From contig JANPJS010000010.1 in NCBI GenBank assembly GCA_031425655.1, positions 1 through 23,857 of the forward strand: a DNA stretch of 23,857 nucleotides. Reading direction: 5' to 3'. The DNA is from Abditibacteriaceae bacterium (lineage in GTDB: Bacteria; Armatimonadota; Abditibacteriia; Abditibacteriales; Abditibacteriaceae). The position numbers and the translations under genes are program-made. Below, one piece after another: positions 18,822 to 23,857 of the stretch; the stretch's first letter is position 1, and every line of letters starts with the position of its first letter. Below the pieces are notes generated by a model. The model had not been told where the DNA came from. It did no database searches and worked only from the letters and a program-made list of their open reading frames with translations.

Positions 18822-18835
18822 CTGTTTTAATTATC

Positions 18836-19915
18836 ATGGCCGATTCCAAGGCAAAACATCAGCAGGTTCGCGATACGCTTCTCGCTGCGATTCGCGCCGG
18901 AGAGTATGAGCCGGGCAGCAAACTACCGTCGGAACGCGAACTGGCGGCACGATTCGGCGTTTCCTACATGACCGCGCGCCGCGCCGTCACCGAACTGGTG
19001 GAGGCTGAACTTATTGAGCGGCGGCCCAATCAGGGTAGTTTTGTGCGCGAGAACAGCCAAAAACGGCTTGCCGCGACGACGATTCACCTGATTTGCATGG
19101 TGGGAGACAGTTCCACCAACAAACAGTTTTTGCGCTTCGGCGCCAGGGCGATTGAGGAAATGGGCTGGCGTCCCAACATTCTGCGCGTGGCGGCGGATCA
19201 CGTCATTGGCGCAGAACGCGCCCTCGAATCCGGCGATGGCGCGCTGTTTTTCGTGAGCAACGGAATTTTGCGGGGGCCTCTGGGAGTGGCACTCGAAAAA
19301 GCACGCGGGCACGCCGTTCTCATCGGCAATCGCCTCGACAGCGGAGGCGTTCCTTCGGTGTTGGCAGACGATGCCCACGCCATTCGCTTGGCTGTTCAGC
19401 ATCTGCACGAGGCCGGACACCGCGCCATCGGCATCGTCAGCAACGACCCCGATCACCCGGTGGATCGCGTGCAAATCGCCGCTTGGCAGGCCTGCTGCAA
19501 CTACGACGTGGCTCAAGTAGAAAAATTAGTCATCACAATCGGCACTCCGGCCTATGAGAGCGTGATGCGACACACCTACGACGCCGTATTACGCTTCCTG
19601 AACACGCCACCAGCCGAGGCCACCGCGCTGATTTGCATCGGCGACGTGATGGCAATGGCTGTCTTAGCTGCCTGCCGCGACGCCGGGCGCCCGGTGCCCG
19701 AAAAAATGTCGCTCGTCAACTCCGGAGATTCCTCGCTGATGGAATTTGCCCATCCACCGATCACCTGCGTGGACGTGGACATGGAAGGGCACATCGCTCA
19801 GGCCATGCAAATTTTGCAGGCAGCGCAACAAAACCTCTTAGCCTCGCCCCGTGTTTTGCGTCTCATCCAGCCGCATCTCGTGGCGCGCTCCAGCGTCGCC
19901 CCGCCGGCATCGTAA
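18836..19915 (+). CDS. GntR-family regulator with LacI-type sugar-binding domain (AraR-like architecture)
   Basis: wHTH GSKLPSERELAARFGVSYMTARRAV...QGSFV. C-terminal AVQHL..AGHRAIG, TALICIGDVMA, VPEKMSLV, PPITCV, PHLVARSS. Confidence 0.93.
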   Translation: MADSKAKHQQVRDTLLAAIRAGEYEPGSKLPSERELAARFGVSYMTARRAVTELVEAELIERRPNQGSFVRENSQKRLAATTIHLICMVGDSSTNKQFLRFGARAIEEMGWRPNILRVAADHVIGAERALESGDGALFFVSNGILRGPLGVALEKARGHAVLIGNRLDSGGVPSVLADDAHAIRLAVQHLHEAGHRAIGIVSNDPDHPVDRVQIAAWQACCNYDVAQVEKLVITIGTPAYESVMRHTYDAVLRFLNTPPAEATALICIGDVMAMAVLAACRDAGRPVPEKMSLVNSGDSSLMEFAHPPITCVDVDMEGHIAQAMQILQAAQQNLLASPRVLRLIQPHLVARSSVAPPAS

Positions 19916-19956
19916 AAAATAAGTGCGCCGCCTGTTTAACCGCCGATAGTTTTGGG

Positions 19957-19987
19957 TAGAATGTTCCCCGGAAGCCGCTATATAGCA
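19957..19987 (+). promoter_or_regulatory. Putative -10 box and second copy of the operator upstream of the pilin-like gene
   Basis: TAGAAT at 19957-19962. GCCGCTATATAGCA at 19974-19987 is identical to 18804-18817. Confidence 0.6.
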
Positions 19988-20056
19988 CCTTCTTCTTTTG
20001 GCTGACAGACACGAAGTGGAGGTTCTCAACTGCAATCGCGGCGAAAATGGAGAGCC

Positions 20057-20833
20057 ATGCAAACCAAACAACCGTGCTGGAAAACCGAGTCGAACTCAAC
20101 CGAAGGCAAACTGCGGACGCCCGTCCGTCGCGCCTTCACGCTGATCGAGTTGCTTGTCGTCATAGCGATCATAGCATTGCTCGCCGCGATACTATTTCCG
20201 GTGTTTGCGCGGGCGCGGGAGAACGCGCGCAAGTCGAGTTGCTCCAACAATTTGCGGCAAATGGCGTTGGGCATCGCGCAATACGTTCAGGACTTCGATG
20301 AGTTGTATCCAACCTCGAACAGCACGTTGAACCTCCTGGACAGCACTTGGACGACGCCTTTGAACTGGCCCGACCCGATGCGTCTGGTGGATCCGTATCT
20401 CAAAAGCACGCAGATTCTGATTTGCCCCTCGGATTCGGGCGGCAACGCGGTTTCGATGAAAAACGCCACTCCGCGCGGCAACAGTTATGGAATGAACGAC
20501 CGTTTCAGCACGACGGCGGGAACCGCGATGGCCAACGTGGTGGAGCCGACGCGCATCATTTTGCTTTACGATGGATTGACGACGCGCAGCCGGCTTGACA
20601 TGACCTCGCAGATCAACCACGCCAAGTCCCGCCATCTTGACGGTTGCAATTTCGCCTTCGCCGACGGTCACGTGAAATGGATGAAACTCAGCAAGTTTGT
20701 CGGGGCGAAGTATTTCGGCGACTATCCGGTTTACGACAGCACCTGCGCCCCGAACACGTTCTATCGCACGCGCATTGACGCCAAGCCGGGCGTGCAGGCC
20801 GGCACCGGTTTAACCGCCGATTGCAGCGGATAA
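20057..20833 (+). CDS. DUF1559 prepilin-like protein with H-X9-DG motif
   Basis: [75 protein letters not shown]. Confidence 0.95.
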   Translation: MQTKQPCWKTESNSTEGKLRTPVRRAFTLIELLVVIAIIALLAAILFPVFARARENARKSSCSNNLRQMALGIAQYVQDFDELYPTSNSTLNLLDSTWTTPLNWPDPMRLVDPYLKSTQILICPSDSGGNAVSMKNATPRGNSYGMNDRFSTTAGTAMANVVEPTRIILLYDGLTTRSRLDMTSQINHAKSRHLDGCNFAFADGHVKWMKLSKFVGAKYFGDYPVYDSTCAPNTFYRTRIDAKPGVQAGTGLTADCSG

Positions 20834-20837
20834 ACCT

Positions 20838-21086
20838 GTGATAACTCGACCACAATTCCTGAAACGCGCCGCCGCATTGGCCGGCGCAGCCATGATAACG
20901 CTGGGCGAGTCGGCACCGCGCTCCAACATCGTTGCGGCTCACGCCGTCGTGCTGCGTTACAAATAACCGGGAAGTGCCGATGCCACGGCGCTGATTTGTC
21001 GGGGCGATGTGATGGCGTCGTCCGGCCTCTGGCGCTTATTTGAACCGCATCCAGGCGACCGTGCCAGTGTAGAACTGTTCCCCTGA
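20838..21086 (+). pseudogene. Chimeric relic: sulfatase 5' end plus two fragments of a GntR/LacI regulator paralog
   Basis: A single frame reads [81 protein letters not shown]. It matches the leader of the 22842 sulfatase and regulator segments EATALICIGDVMA and RLIQPHLVARSSV. Confidence 0.8.
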
Positions 21087-21170
21087 AACACAATCGGAGC
21101 CGATTTTCGCCTCTCGTTTTGAGGTAAATGGCACAGGGAGATTTTGCATAGTATTTCGCACCATCAAACC

Positions 21171-22769
21171 ATGAAATTTTTCACCTTTGTTGCACTGATT
21201 CTGACTTCCATTGCCCCGTGTCTCGCCGCCGAGGTGCCGCAGGCGAAGGGTGGCCCGAACATTCTGTTTGTAATCACCGATGACCAGTTCAAAGCAATGA
21301 TGAACTGGATGCCGGAAGGCAAAGGCCAAAATCTGACGCCCGTGACCGACCGTTTCGCAGCCGGGGGCACGGTAATGCTGCGCCAATACGTCACCTCGCC
21401 GGTCTGCACGCCCAGCCGCTATGGCTGTCTCACCGGCCAATATCCCAGCCGCTCCACTGCCGGGGAGTTTCTTCGCAGCACCCAAGCAGCCGGCGGACAG
21501 ACTGTGGTGCAGTGGAACACTTTTATCAACGCCGGCCAGCAATGCTTGCCCATGAGATTTCGCGATGCCGGATACGTCACCGGCATCGTCGGCAAGAACC
21601 ATGTCATCAATACCCCCGGCATGAAGCGTCCGCAATGGGAAGCCGATCCTGAGGCTCAGGAAGTTAGGGATCTGCTGGCTTACAACGCCAAACTTCAAGC
21701 CGCCGCCGCCAAAACGGTCGGCTTTGACTTCGCCGCAAGCCTTTACTTCAACAACCCCAACGAAAATGGGGTCAAGGCGCTGGCTTCTCACAATCTCGAT
21801 TGGATCGCCAAGGGTGCGCTCAATTTCCTTGACCAGACCGGCGATAGGCCATTTTTCCTTTATCTTGCCACCACGATTCCGCACGGGCCTGCGGAACCCA
21901 GCCGTTCGTGGAATGCCGACCGCCGCATTACGGCAGAAGGCAGGTTGCAAACACCCCTCGCCCTACTTCCCGACGCGGCCACAATCCCGCAGCGGCTCCA
22001 GAATGCCGCTATCAAAGGACAACAAAAGGAAAACGTTCTCTGGCTTGATGATATGTTCGGTGCCGTCATCAAGAAACTCGAAGCCAGCGGCAAGTTGGAT
22101 AATACCATCATTCTCTACTTCAACGACCACGGCCAGAAATCCAAAGGCACTGTCTACGAAGGCGGCGTGCATAGCGAAAGTTTTCTCTGGCGCAAGGACG
22201 GCTTTCCTGCCGGGCGCACCTGTAATGTTCCTGTTTCGAACGTGGATTTCGCACCCACCCTGCTCGATCTGGCTGGCGTAAAATACGATGCCAAAGAGTT
22301 CGATGGCAAGAGCTTCGCCCCTATTTTGCTGGGCGAAACGGCTCCGGAACGTTCGTTTTACTTCGAATTGGGATTCGTTCGCGGCGTGCTTAAAGGCGAC
22401 TGGAAATACATTGCTTTGCGTTATCCGAAATCGGCGCGCGAAATGACACGCGCCCAGCGCGAAGCCGCCTTGACCGCGTTCAACGCGGAACAGGTGAAAA
22501 AAGGCCGCCCCATCTACACGCAAGACCCCATGCAGCCTTTCAGCCACGTTATGCTGGTTCCCGGTGGCGGCGATGCCGAACACGGTTCAATGAACGCTTA
22601 TCCCGCATTCTATGCACCGGATCAGCTCTACAATCTTGCTGATGACCCAAATGAACAGAAAAATCTCGCGGCTCATCCGGTTTATCAGGGAAAGCTGAAG
22701 GCGATGCAGGAAGAACTTAAAAAACATCTTGCTGCTCTGCCCGGTTCCTTCGGCGAATTGAAGCCATGA
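21171..22769 (+). CDS. Secreted Cys-type sulfatase
   Basis: Signal MKFFTFVALILTSIAPCLA, PNILFVITDDQ, CTPSR, GKNH, NDHG, QLYNLADDPNEQKNLA. ATG 21171 preferred over TTG 21144. Confidence 0.93.
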   Translation: MKFFTFVALILTSIAPCLAAEVPQAKGGPNILFVITDDQFKAMMNWMPEGKGQNLTPVTDRFAAGGTVMLRQYVTSPVCTPSRYGCLTGQYPSRSTAGEFLRSTQAAGGQTVVQWNTFINAGQQCLPMRFRDAGYVTGIVGKNHVINTPGMKRPQWEADPEAQEVRDLLAYNAKLQAAAAKTVGFDFAASLYFNNPNENGVKALASHNLDWIAKGALNFLDQTGDRPFFLYLATTIPHGPAEPSRSWNADRRITAEGRLQTPLALLPDAATIPQRLQNAAIKGQQKENVLWLDDMFGAVIKKLEASGKLDNTIILYFNDHGQKSKGTVYEGGVHSESFLWRKDGFPAGRTCNVPVSNVDFAPTLLDLAGVKYDAKEFDGKSFAPILLGETAPERSFYFELGFVRGVLKGDWKYIALRYPKSAREMTRAQREAALTAFNAEQVKKGRPIYTQDPMQPFSHVMLVPGGGDAEHGSMNAYPAFYAPDQLYNLADDPNEQKNLAAHPVYQGKLKAMQEELKKHLAALPGSFGELKP

Positions 22770-22841
22770 TAATTAATGAGCAACGTGCCCGCACAAGGCG
22801 GTATTGCATGGCCTTGACCTGACTTTAAAATGATAAAAATC

Positions 22842-23857
22842 ATGAAAAAACCGTTTTTTAAACGTGCAGCCGCATTAGCCGGAGCTGCCATGCTTGCGCT
22901 GGTCGCAAAGCCAACTCACGCGGCACCGAAACCAAATATCGTATTCATTCTGGCCGACGACTTGGGCGGGCATGATGTAGGTTGCTACGGAAGCAGGTTT
23001 CACAAGACGCCGAACATTGATGCTCTGGCACGGCGCGGGATGCTGTTTCGTAACGCTTATTCAGCCAGCCCGCTTTGTTCGCCGACGCGGGCCAGTATTC
23101 TTACCGGGTTGGCGCCGGCGCGCATTGGCATTACGGCGCCCAATTGCCATTTTCCCGAAGTGCAACTCGAAAAGCGGCTGGTCAAAGGCAATGCGGGCGC
23201 GAAAGTGCTGGTCGCGGACAGCATCACGCGCTTGAAAACCGATTATCGCACGCTGCCAAAAGCGTTGCACGAAGCGGGCTACGCGACGGGGCATTTCGGC
23301 AAATGGCACCTCGGCGCCAAGCCGTATTCGCCGTTGCAGCATGGCTTCGACGTGGACTTGCCGCACACGCCGGGGCCGGGGCCGGGCGGCGGAAACGGGT
23401 ATTTTGCGCCGTGGCAATTCTGGAAAGGGCAGGGCCAGCCGGGCGACCACATCGAAGACCGCATGGCCGAAGAAGCCGTGAAATTCATGCGCGCCAACAA
23501 AAATCGCCCGTTTTTCCTGAATTATTGGGCCTTTAGCGTGCATTCGCCGTGGATGGGCAAAGAATCGCTCGTTGCGGAGGCGGCCCAGCGCGCCGAGCCG
23601 GGCGCGGCGCAGCGTAATCCCGTTTACGCCGCGATGGTGCAAAGTCTCGACGACGCCGTGGGGCGTTTGGTCGGCACGCTCGATGAACTGAAGCTCACGA
23701 AGAACACGATTATCGTCTTCACCAGCGACAACGGCGGCTGGCACAACATCGCCAAAGAAGCCACCAACAACGCGCAATTCGCCAACATTCCGGTGACAAG
23801 TAACGCGCCGCTGCGTAGCGGCAAGGCCAGCAACTATGAAGGCGGCACGCGCGTGCC
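22842..23857 (+). CDS. Secreted Cys-type sulfatase (S1_16-like by motifs), 3' end beyond window
   Basis: Manual translation [42 protein letters not shown]...[14 protein letters not shown]...GKWHLG...[16 protein letters not shown]...SDNGG...YEGGTRV. Not in the ORF track. Confidence 0.93.
   Translation, partial: MKKPFFKRAAALAGAAMLALVAKPTHAAPKPNIVFILADDLGGHDVGCYGSRFHKTPNIDALARRGMLFRNAYSASPLCSPTRASILTGLAPARIGITAPNCHFPEVQLEKRLVKGNAGAKVLVADSITRLKTDYRTLPKALHEAGYATGHFGKWHLGAKPYSPLQHGFDVDLPHTPGPGPGGGNGYFAPWQFWKGQGQPGDHIEDRMAEEAVKFMRANKNRPFFLNYWAFSVHSPWMGKESLVAEAAQRAEPGAAQRNPVYAAMVQSLDDAVGRLVGTLDELKLTKNTIIVFTSDNGGWHNIAKEATNNAQFANIPVTSNAPLRSGKASNYEGGTRV

Noticed and set aside
21129..21147. Sigma-54 promoter TGGCAC...TTGC
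   Set aside because: GG-to-GC spacing is 14 nt rather than the required 10.

Overview
GC-rich bacterial window, probably Armatimonadota/Abditibacteriota. That placement is an inference from the [20 protein letters not shown] style of its two pilin-like genes. The left half (minus strand) carries a DUF1349-like secreted protein, an orphan rodA, a three-gene ABC ATPase/permease/helical membrane-anchored protein operon resembling Myxococcus pilH-pilI-pilG, a 1115-aa secreted lectin-fold/PA14 protein and a truncated DUF1559 prepilin-like gene that the ORF track missed. The right half (plus strand) carries six secreted Cys-type sulfatases (one frameshifted by a 20-bp tandem duplication, the last truncated by the window), an interposed GNAT, a GntR-LacI hybrid regulator and a second DUF1559/H-X9-DG pilin-like gene. 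The best candidate system is a regulator-pilin-sulfatase glycan-utilisation module with no SusC/D or sugar transporter in the window. An identical 14-bp site with a palindromic core (GCCGCTATATAGCA) lies upstream of both the regulator and the pilin-like gene. The 'intergenic' stretch 20838-21086 is an in-frame chimeric relic of a sulfatase 5' end fused to two fragments of a paralogous regulator. Many gene junctions hold nested REP-like palindromes or hairpins built from 7-8-nt microrepeats.
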